From: Pocillopora damicornis | Lineage: Eukaryota | Direction of reading: 5' to 3' | Assembly (NCBI RefSeq): GCF_003704095.1 | Contig: NW_020843846.1 | Span: forward strand, 62,001 to 126,000 | Length of the DNA: 64,000 nucleotides | Shown: piece by piece, positions 42,401 to 47,600 of the stretch | Position numbering within the stretch: the stretch's first letter is position 1 | Layout of the letters: each line of letters starts with the position of its first letter | Notes under the pieces: generated by a model | What the model was told of the DNA's origin: nothing | Databases searched by the model: none | Seen by the model: the letters and a program-made list of their open reading frames with translations, nothing else | Made by a program: the position numbers and the translations under genes

Positions 42401-44644
42401 NNNNNNNNNNNNNNNNNNNNNNNNNNNNNNNNNNNNNNNNNNNNNNNNNNNNNNNNNNNNNNNACTAAGATTCCATTAAAGAGAATGCTATTCAGTGAAA
42501 TATGAGGTTTATGAGAATCTAGCGCGAGGAATGAAACTATACGACGTATGCACTAGAAATCAATGCATTCAGTTCTCCGCATGAGCAAAGGGGCAAAGTT
42601 TAAAGAAGTGCTGGGCTTTTTTCTCCAGAACGCGAATACCACACGTTCGACGATATCTACGAAGCCCTACATGAACGACACGTTATTGGGGCCTTAATAG
42701 ATACATACAGTGCTGGAAACAACAAGGATTTGTTTGAACAAGAACATCTACGAGTGAATAAGATCCTCGATTACTCGGCTACCTATGGGGTTGTAATGGG
42801 AGTGGAAGCCCGAAAACTCAGACGCTGTTTCAAACGGTACACTGAAAGGGTATTCGCTAGTAAGATTTCACATCATATTCAAAAGAATACAGAACAGCTC
42901 AAGGCGAGTATCAAATAAAAACATTGATATTTGGTAGAATTATATTGTTGTAGAGCAATTTTTTGGATGTCATTTATATCAAAAATTTATTGAATGACTG
43001 ACAGACTAAAAGATTGACTGACTGGCCAACAAACTGAGACCAACTGACCAACCGACAGGCTTGTTAACTGACAGACTGATTGATTGACTGACTGACTGAT
43101 TGACTGACTGACGCCAACTGACCGACTGACTGACTGACTAACCGAAAACCAGAGAGACCAACTGACCAACTAAACCAAACTAATCTGTTATGCCCCCAAC
43201 GACGCAGCACCACAGTTTCTTTAGAGACTTAACCCCTGTATAACTGACTGACGGATTGGTTACGACCGACTGACTGATTGACTGACTGACTGACCGTTTG
43301 AGACAACTGACCAACTGACTGACTGATCGAAAACATGAGAGAACAGTTGACCAACTAAACCAAACTATCTCGTTATACCCCCAACGACGCAGCACAACTA
43401 TTTTCTTAGAGACGTAACCCCTGTAAAACTGACTGACTGATTGGCTGACGACTGACTGACTGGCTGACAAATAGTGGTTTGATTTTTCTCTTTTAGGAGC
43501 CCGCTGAACCGCTCTCCATGGAAAGATCAACCGGGATATTTGACAGTCACAGCACGGTGTTTCAAAAGACTATGTACATAACTATAATATGGTTAACATC
43601 GTTCCTGTTTTGTGGCATTATCTGGGAAATTATTCAACGCTGCAGAACAAGAGCAAAGGTTACATCACATGGTAATTACATGCACCTTCGGATCTTTTGA
43701 ATACTTTAAATTGTTTTTTTAATGCCTAGATATTAACCTTTTTGCTTTACGCCTTTGATAATTTGCTACCCGTTTCCAGCGCCAATAACCATCCTCGGCT
43801 ATCCCGGTTACTCTATCTCTGTCTATCTTTAGCTTTCAGGTAAACTGTGACATCATTCTTATTCTATTTAGATACACAATGTCTCTGACGTTACTGATCC
43901 TTGCAATATGCAGGACGCTTCTCATGTACTAAGCTAATAGTGCCCTACCACACCCAAGAGTCCTCTGTCTCTCAGCGGTGCAGCAGTGGGCCGGGAGATC
44001 CTGAGGACTAAGGGAGTAAGACTCAAATTGTTTTCTATGTGCCTTGCCCATGGAAAAACACAAAACAACTTTACTTTACACTTTCATGTAACTTTACTTT
44101 ACTTTACAACTTTGCTGTAAAATTTGGAAGTTTCACATACTTAGAAATGCCTCGGATATTTTAAAGTGTTCTGTATTTCTTCCTATCCATCTCATTTCTC
44201 CCTGATTTATCTCATCTTATCAAAATTGTTCGAAAATGTAATAGAGGGAAGATTTTCGCGTTGGCTACCATTTTCTGTACGTGTTCTCCCTATTTTGTTT
44301 TAGATTCACGACAAGAGCTAAGGACCGAGTTGAAAGGAATGGTCGAAAGTTTTAATGAAAACATTCGAACAATTAAAAAAGAACTGGCATCACGACATAG
44401 AAGAGAAAGAAAAGAACTCCTGACAAGTATAGAGAAGCAGCGAGGCAGGAAATATCTTTCGTCAGTTGAAGTTTCAGAGCTGGACAACCCTTACTTTGAA
44501 CCAGAACCGGACGAACAGGTATCACCCAAGGATAAATTTGATGAGTTGGTGTTTTCCAACGATACACCAGACAAAGCGGAACATTGCTGCGATGAACGTA
44601 ACGAGGAGCATTTGCCAAGCAATAAATATCAAACCAATTGCTGA
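193..44644 (+). CDS. Giant multidomain receptor-like protein with C-terminal iGluR/GluR0-like channel carrying a K+ filter (54 exons in window, 5' end upstream of window)
   Basis: Manual splicing gives 54 exons with AG acceptors and GT donors (one GC). Phases are compatible, the total of 13,875 nt is divisible by 3, and it ends at TGA 44642-44644. Domain motifs are recognisable throughout; the exons are listed individually below. Confidence 0.8.
610..938 (+). CDS. exon 2: F5/8 type C N-terminal half
   Basis: CQEALGMENG...ITASS...ARL...WLQIDL...VATQG...WVIKYKL. Confidence 0.92.
1674..1812 (+). CDS. exon 3: F5/8 type C C-terminal half
   Basis: EFDANTDKNTVVFHELYPGITARYIRFYP...SMRVELYGC. Confidence 0.9.
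2890..3043 (+). CDS. exon 4: CUB domain 1 N-half
   Basis: IKSPRYPKDYPGNMDCVYEI...TFQDFHLE; phase-2 donor gtaagt. Confidence 0.9.
3116..3282 (+). CDS. exon 5: CUB domain 1 C-half
   Basis: CSTDYLKI...GTFCG...VAFHSDYALQRKGFRIYF. Confidence 0.9.
3480..3636 (+). CDS. exon 6: CUB domain 2 N-half
   Basis: LRSPGYPSNYTGRHDCVYKI...ISFIDFSLEFHNSC. Confidence 0.9.
4321..4493 (+). CDS. exon 7: CUB domain 2 C-half
   Basis: YDYLTI...GKFCG...ITFHTDYVVESRGFDINF. Confidence 0.9.
5162..5794 (+). CDS. exon 8: fibrinogen C-terminal (FReD) domain
   Basis: [37 protein letters not shown]...EFWLGND...GAWWYKECHQSNLNG. Confidence 0.95.
6149..6377 (+). CDS. exon 9: pentraxin-like domain N-half
   Basis: LIFSGESSDYVLL...DLQDATACWWMKT...TVFS. 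Confidence 0.85.
6689..7044 (+). CDS. exon 10: pentraxin-like domain C-half
   Basis: DGLWHHMCIA...GKWTFYSDG...FRGNMSRFNMWD...C...GNVVPW. Confidence 0.88.
7649..7830. repeat. Palindromic dispersed repeat (same family)
   Basis: gtaaattggccgccgtaaa...tttacggtggccaatttac inverted arms; gaagggctaacgctcgaaacgtcagc. Confidence 0.7.
7916..8152 (+). CDS. exon 11: LamG/ConA-like domain N-half (continues in exon 20)
   Basis: VAHWDF...SECLGNPSLCHQGLSLGFWLR; cag acceptor, gtaagt donor. Confidence 0.8.
8421..8657. mobile_element. MITE with terminal inverted repeats and 3-bp CAG target duplication (PIF/Harbinger-like)
   Basis: Left end ggccgggttgttcaaag, right end cttcgaacaactgggcc; internal inverted accagggtta/taaccctggg; cag on both flanks. 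Confidence 0.7.
9133..9360 (+). CDS. exon 12: TLDc domain 1 N-half
   Basis: WLRCFKASPNWKGTHFHSCDGLGPTVTFIRVQKNIFGGF. Confidence 0.85.
9781..10101 (+). CDS. exon 13: TLDc domain 1 C-half
   Basis: AFIFSLKN...FGPIFGENDI...LLAGSKYFIVDDLEAFY. Confidence 0.88.
10734..11038 (+). CDS. exon 14: F5/8 type C N-half
   Basis: QLSASSS...SWCS...EWLELDLG...GVAVQG. Confidence 0.88.
11145..11259 (+). CDS. exon 15: F5/8 type C C-half
   Basis: NYFYPNSYTARYVRFTVIHAKTASCMRVGV. Confidence 0.8.
11686..12054 (+). CDS. exon 16: C-type lectin domain 1
   Basis: CLPNWKYFRGSCY...SWEAAKTTC...LVNI...ENDFI...WIGL...EPA...C...WYTVSC...FICE. Confidence 0.92.
12765..13042 (+). CDS. exon 17: F5/8 type C N-half
   Basis: ARL...SWC...WLQIDLG...GINTQG...FVKKFTLAY. 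Confidence 0.88.
13532..13673 (+). CDS. exon 18: F5/8 type C C-half
   Basis: EFVGNVNGNGVVKQTFLPPFKAHFVRF...CMRVEIY. Confidence 0.88.
14085..14444 (+). CDS. exon 19: C-type lectin domain 2
   Basis: CPSGWEYFQGSCY...C...LPKVTSIEENNFL...WSDGS..FTNW...CV...WNTVLC...IACK. Confidence 0.92.
14589..14780. mobile_element. TTAA-flanked non-autonomous element (piggyBac-like MITE), copy 1
   Basis: TTAA-CCCT...AGGG-TTAA; internal ctccttac/gtaaggag inverted pair; homologous copy at 59638-59849. Confidence 0.65.
15170..15574 (+). CDS. exon 20: LamG/ConA-like domain C-half
   Basis: WVHVGITWSNQWGLRFYQNG...FYIG...ISDLRIWE; tandem acceptor gagcag (15167 is an alternative start). Confidence 0.85.
15957..16150. 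repeat. Palindromic dispersed repeat (same family)
   Basis: ttggccaccgcaaagagtttcaaag...gctcgaaacgtcagctttgaaactc...ggccaa...ccgacgcagcaccacagtttcttta. Confidence 0.7.
17156..17272 (+). CDS. exon 21: probable MAM domain N-terminal segment
   Basis: WYMWKNTGNYDYPWEL...PQDT; polypyrimidine-tag acceptor, gtaagt donor, 117 nt, phase 1-1. Confidence 0.65.
17942..18232 (+). CDS. exon 22: WSC-like domain
   Basis: YHNMGCFK...KCLHAARRKGNKMFAVASGGKC...C.NGKGATNYMNIY. Confidence 0.78.
19011..19424 (+). CDS. exon 23: F-type lectin (FTP/fucolectin-like) domain
   Basis: NAAFKKPTAQS...ATDG...CTKT...PWWRVDL...IRVG...C...GRFVSI...LKLCEVEV. Confidence 0.9.
20062..20318 (+). CDS. exon 24: MAM domain core
   Basis: GYVQAS...CLSFHYSMSG...LNI...W...GDQGNQWKFAQV. 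Confidence 0.88.
20927..21047 (+). CDS. exon 25: MAM domain C-terminus
   Basis: IKFEALSDGGIGGKIGIRNIKA...C.C.P..AC. Confidence 0.8.
21530..21760 (+). CDS. exon 26: TLDc domain 2 N-half
   Basis: WVPCYRAHVNGWQKLVFHQMCDNRGPSVTIARIDSFVFGGFSDKSW. Confidence 0.9.
22174..22485 (+). CDS. exon 27: TLDc domain 2 C-half
   Basis: SSNAFLFSL...GPCWG...YFTGQTSFQADDLQVF. Confidence 0.88.
23123..23233 (+). CDS. exon 28: short EGF-like Cys module
   Basis: CDPPCWEGESCDEIAGKCICDPTRREEEMC (6 Cys); phase 1-1. Confidence 0.75.
23416..23537. repeat. 61-bp tandem duplication
   Basis: taacgtaagatttgcttttatc...ctctgacacctacttg.attatgcaatggaaa twice. Confidence 0.9.
23897..24130 (+). CDS. exon 29: unassigned 4-Cys module
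   Basis: Open 234-nt phase 1-1 exon: NCKERW...CSGRLFARYD...WRCYYEDAL...SNCYH. Confidence 0.7.
24800..25119 (+). CDS. exon 30: F5/8 type C N-half
   Basis: CRPLGMESGSILDSQITGSS...NARL...AW...QWLQIDF...VATQGR...WVKSY. Confidence 0.93.
25510..25631. mobile_element. Hairpin (foldback) MITE
   Basis: Near-perfect arms of about 50 bp: ggatcaatatcagtatctg...cctacccctcccctaac / gttaggggaggggtagg...cagatactgatattgatcc. Partial relatives near 60360-60425, 61912-61955 and 63945-63985. Confidence 0.75.
25903..26041 (+). CDS. exon 31: F5/8 type C C-half
   Basis: IFNANWDENTVVYNTINPVIFARYIRVMPKTWKSHISMRVEFYDC. Confidence 0.92.
26773..27468 (+). CDS. exon 32: intact LamG/ConA-like domain
   Basis: YVWTFD...GVRGRA...VTVALWL...WTHWVFTW...VYRNG...FTIG...FDDIIVW. 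Confidence 0.88.
27790..27908 (+). CDS. exon 33: SEA-like domain N-part
   Basis: VNVSLELTDEEFNLEYRNITSEIFKHTSTWIESQ; gtaagg donor, phase 0. Confidence 0.78.
28421..28476 (+). CDS. exon 34: SEA-like domain middle
   Basis: Strong acceptor tttctcgcag; VMSLHQNNSLLSVDNFVF(W); phase 0-2 bridges exons 33 and 35. Confidence 0.7.
28660..28802 (-). mobile_element. Dispersed repeat fragment with minimal hammerhead-like core (Penelope-like-element-associated type)
   Basis: Minus strand reads CTGACGA-A-GGGC-TAAC-GCTC-GAAA-CGTC-AG; same family as 7649-7830, 15957-16150, 28085-28150 and 32166-32310. Confidence 0.55.
29700..29848 (+). CDS. exon 35: SEA-like domain C-part
   Basis: NVTNVAANFTIRFKG...LGNRPI; gtaagt donor. 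Confidence 0.75.
30349..30420. repeat. (AAT)n microsatellite
   Basis: Directly visible. Confidence 0.95.
30571..30861 (+). CDS. exon 36: FN3 repeat 1
   Basis: SSTSLAVSW...NLKPYTLYAITV...G.G..S...RT.E. Confidence 0.92.
31186..31450. repeat. Diverged local direct duplication (about 75-bp unit)
   Basis: gaaatcc.actccac...aaaga.accaaatt.ggagaatcttct...atgat.tggg at about 31186 and about 31370. Confidence 0.7.
31468..31767 (+). CDS. exon 37: FN3 repeat 2
   Basis: PTSPPLNV...VSWEP...GIILGYKI...AFNSVGEGPPS. Confidence 0.93.
32166..32310. repeat. Palindromic dispersed repeat (same family, degenerate)
   Basis: gtaaattggtcaccgtaaagag...ctttgcggtggccatttta. Confidence 0.65.
32321..32428 (-). repeat. 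Probable SINE-like repeat fragment
   Basis: Resembles, from memory only, the 3' part of an abundant coral repeat (ttttcaggcc...ctgcgaggatcac...ccgcagttcaaatatatgac); single copy in this window. Confidence 0.35.
32540..32824 (+). CDS. exon 38: FN3 repeat 3
   Basis: PSLAPP...TSVTVKW...NGII.G...GLEK..Y.IKVASFT. Confidence 0.92.
33416..33753 (+). CDS. exon 39: F5/8 type C N-half (within the FN3 array)
   Basis: CNAIGMED..ITESQITASS...NARL...GAWCA...WLQIDF...VAIQG. Confidence 0.92.
34317..34458 (+). CDS. exon 40: F5/8 type C C-half
   Basis: IFQGNWDSNTVVFNSITPVIYTRYIRILPKSWEGNPCIRAEFFTC. Confidence 0.9.
35023..35319 (+). CDS. exon 41: FN3 repeat 4
   Basis: SSTGVGLQWKPP...LKPYTPYEFKV...KTQED. Confidence 0.9.
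35866..36201 (+). CDS. exon 42: FN3 repeat 5, with furin-type site RRRKR|S
   Basis: PSEPPRNF...INGVLRGYKV...NRRRKRS...NLESYSTYTVTVLAFT. Confidence 0.9.
36748..37050 (+). CDS. exon 43: FN3 repeat 6
   Basis: PDHPPTNVTAFNTSSTSINVTW...GLGKYKEYSIQV. Confidence 0.93.
37296..37592 (+). CDS. exon 44: FN3 repeat 7
   Basis: PDEPPVNI...LKVHW...GLEIWTNYTIKMTAFTVMGDGPWS. Confidence 0.93.
37865..38170 (+). CDS. exon 45: FN3 repeat 8
   Basis: PFKPPANL...SSTSIFVQW...GLYKFTKYQI. Confidence 0.93.
38278..38574 (+). CDS. exon 46: FN3 repeat 9
   Basis: PDRPP...SSTSLFVEW...NLKKFTFYSIQVRAFT. Confidence 0.93.
38763..39065 (+). CDS. exon 47: FN3 repeat 10
   Basis: PSKPPQSI...IPVAW...INGILLGYKIRY...GFTIMGDGP. Confidence 0.92.
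39141..39607 (+). CDS. exon 48: periplasmic-binding-protein-like S1 lobe plus first transmembrane helix (M1)
   Basis: WYEFQPYV...DGLIPPILSDLA...DFFFPV...SPGMAFIV, then hydrophobic WPAVMLALVITYLAGLVVWFV; gtaagt donor. Confidence 0.85.
40096..40190 (+). CDS. exon 49: pore helix and first half of K+ selectivity filter
   Basis: ESETNPQDFPPSFIEGAYESFYWSFVSMTTVG; phase-2 donor gtgagt. Confidence 0.92.
40425..40581 (+). CDS. exon 50: YGD filter end plus inner transmembrane helix
   Basis: (G)YGDRAPITIIGRILAIVVILSGLIIFGIVNGAMATAITSV...KIYGTK. Confidence 0.92.
41429..41495 (+). CDS. exon 51: start of S2 lobe
   Basis: VAAIEGSPEYRMGVRKNANMDK; tttcgcag acceptor, gtaaca donor. Confidence 0.85.
41625..42167. 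other. Assembly gap (N run)
   Basis: Ns. Confidence 1.
42364..42463. other. Assembly gap (100 N)
   Basis: Ns. Confidence 1.
42629..42903 (+). CDS. exon 52: S2 lobe (GC donor)
   Basis: YHTFDDIYEALHERHVIGALIDTYSA...YGVVM...LRRCF...; ends AAG|GCGAGT. Confidence 0.82.
42993..43468. repeat. (GACT)n-rich tandem array with a duplicated unit of about 185 bp
   Basis: gactgact runs; cccccaacgacgcagcac...tagagac.taacccctgta twice. Confidence 0.9.
43497..43671 (+). CDS. exon 53: final (M4-like) transmembrane helix
   Basis: STGIFD...MYITIIWLTSFLFCGIIWEII followed by basic QRCRTRAK. Confidence 0.82.
44304..44644 (+). CDS. exon 54: cytoplasmic tail (coiled-coil-like then acidic), terminal exon
   Basis: ELRTELKGMVESFNENIRTIKKELASRHRRERKELL...DNPYFEPE...NC*. 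Confidence 0.82.
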
Positions 44645-47600
44645 TTTACTCAACTCTTTGACTCCCAGAGTGGAGTAATCTTGCGAAACAAGTTTTATTT
44701 TTCTGGACAAGCCGGTTTTTTAATGCTTTATCTTGAGTGATACACGCGAGACTTGGCCATCAAACTAAAAAAATAACTTTGGGGGTTTAAGGTTGGAGAA
44801 ATAAATTTAGAATCAAGCTCAGGATGCCTGCCCATTTCAGTGACGACTCCCGAGCCTTTCTCTTAAGAGCTGTATCATATTGCTATCCTTTAAAGCAGAT
44901 CTTTAATCGGCCAGCAAGGAAGCTGGAAAATAGAGCAAGTATGCATTCTCGTCTTTGCACTTTCGGCAAAACAACCCTTACAAATAAAATGCCCGGGTTT
45001 GAACTGCAAAAAATTAAAAATAATTAATTCATTTGCCTCGGAAATGGAAGTGACTTGCAGGTATTTTACTCGTAATTTTATATTTATTTATGAGCCCTCA
45101 GTTGATACAGGATGGAAATAATTTTCTTCTTCGCTGTCACTCAACCTCGCTAACATAACATCAATACTACTGAGAATGCTCTGTTTACCTCTAAATTCTC
45201 ATTGAACTGACTTAAATATAACCACAAGATAATTCTGTTATTGGAAAAATGAATCACTGGGTAGCAGTTTTCTTTTGTCATTATTTTCTTGCTTGGTCTA
45301 CAAATCACACAAACAAAAACAAAAGGTTCAAAAGAAGGAATGGGCTACGTCAGGAACAAGAATAAACAGCGACAGTCGAAATGCATGCATTGGGCTTTCA
45401 AGACTGGTATGACAGTGGCACAAGTGAAAATTTCGCTGACACAACTTGACTGATGGTCAAAACGAGGCAAAACATGTCTCCTCAGCAAACGCCCAGGGTT
45501 GCATGACAAGCTAAAAACAAAGCAATGAAAAGAAAAAACAAAACAATCCCGTAAATCCTTCACAGAGCACATTATACAACTGCATTATGTAAAGCCGTTG
45601 AAAATCTCGTTGTCACAAAATTTTCTAACCAGCCGCTTAAGTACTTTATCCTTAGGAAATCCCCACACGGAAACTTTCGTGTTGGGGAACGTCTTTCGTG
45701 AAAGGCATCATACAAAATAAAGGAAAATCATATTAAGAGTTGCTAAATTCGACACCTTAAAATTGGGTTGTTGATTGTTTTAAATTAATAGTTTGCGTGA
45801 TGTAGCTTCCATTAGGTACGAAAGATATGCCCTTTTGCAAAAGCATTTTAATAACTTTATTCCAAAGAGCACAATGCATAACACAACGCAAACTATGTTA
45901 CCATGTTTACCGGCTTTTTGGAACATTTGAATTTGGCTGAGTGCCACAAATAAGGCGCTTTTAAGCGTTTTTTTTTTCAATTGAAGGGAAATTCACATTC
46001 GAAAAAAACTTCAAAATGGGTTTGTCAAATAATACTTCAATCTTCAAGTAAGAAAGGGATTAAAAAAGCAAGTGGGTGGCAAGCTGGCTAAATGGATGTC
46101 AACCGTGACAAATAGTCCATTTGCAGGTTCTTAGAAATAAAAATTCGAAAAAACAAAAACTTAATTGTATGGTCGGCTGAGATATTTTACTCCTAGGCTT
46201 ACTTAGCACAAGTACGAAATATCCAAGCCAACGGATTCATTTGCTTTCAAAAACGGGTCTACTTGACCTCTTGCAGACCTCGCATATTGATAAGGTTTAT
46301 TGAAGACTTCAGTTAGGCAGCGACATAAAACATTTAAGAAAGTCACGATATACGAGTTTTCAGAACTAAGACATTGGAAAATCTAAATTGTAAAAATATC
46401 ATTAAGGCAAGATACATAGATTAGATAAGACAGTATCCGTTGAGAAGAAAAAGGTGTTAACAAAAGAAAAAATAAACGTGAGTCCATGGAGGATTGCAAG
46501 CTGAGCCATTACAATTTCGCTGTCGGATGCTTTTTGGAATTGTTCGTGAAACATGATAGAAACTGTGATAACACGTTAGGAAACAACAGAGAAGTAACCG
46601 CTTTTGAAGGTTAAAAAACCTTGCAGCATTTAGGCAAAACACCTGCGGAGCATGATACCATCGCGAGGCGTGTTATGCAACCTATCAATATCGTAACATC
46701 AATATGAACAGGGCGGACTGCAAAAAGACCTAATATCTTAATGAAACAATGGCTTTGGAAACTGTGAAATCCTTACAGATGTCGGAAAAGGGACAATGGA
46801 AATGTCACTTTGGACGCGTATTTTGTATAAATTGCACAACCAATTAGAACGAGAACGAACCAATTACTTCGTAAGCTGTCAGTTAGAAATGGTTAATTCT
46901 CAACACATCTTGGAACAATGCGACACCAACCAAAAAAAAAATAGAAAAACAGCAGGACATAGCGACGAAAAGAGATTAAAAGAATTTTATCTTTTAATAA
47001 CGTGAAGCAGTCTAAACCATGGAAATTTTATACTAGATATGGTGAATTTTTTGCGTATCTCAAAACCATGCAAAGCCAGTAGCTTTCACGATATCCTACA
47101 AGAGTATGAAAACAGAAGAGTATAACGTTACTGGGAGGTTATTAGACTATATATCATTTGCATATAACTCTTGGGATTCTGTGCTACAGTTATTTCGTCC
47201 TATGGAAAACAGCAGTGCTTGTCACATTTAGTAAGAAGTAACTAATTCCTAGTTAGATTTCGTCAAAAAATTGTTGTGATGGATCCTGCTAAATTTCCAA
47301 AACAAATTCTCTGGGTCGTTGAAGAAATAAGTTTTAAAGAGCAAACGTTTCTCCCATAATAGGCGTATGTTTGCTTTACATGTTTTGCATGTAGTAATAT
47401 TCTCGTTTTCCAGTGATGAATTCATGTCCGTTTTCTCACTTTTAATTTGCCGGCTGAGGGTTAAACTTCGGGCTCGGAAAACATCAAAGACGCTTCTTGT
47501 TAAGTCCCAAAGCTTTTTAACGCACAAAATCCTCAGCTACGTGAAAGCCAAGACTTTAAATATAATATATAAGCCCTGGGCTATAAATTCGCCAGATGTA

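Noticed and set aside
41615-42505. ORFs of 201 aa and 61 aa in the ORF track
   Set aside because: Artefacts of translating N runs.
42987-43530. Minus-strand SQSVSQ-rich ORFs
   Set aside because: Translation of the (GACT)n repeat.
39141-43671. Bacterial contaminant or recent horizontal transfer of a GluR0-like gene
   Set aside because: The module is interrupted by several spliceosomal introns and spliced in frame to animal FN3 exons. An ancient transfer cannot be excluded.
43890-44090. tRNA-like or SINE-like segment in the last intron of the giant gene
   Set aside because: Too degenerate to fold as a tRNA; resemblance to a coral repeat is from memory only and unverified.
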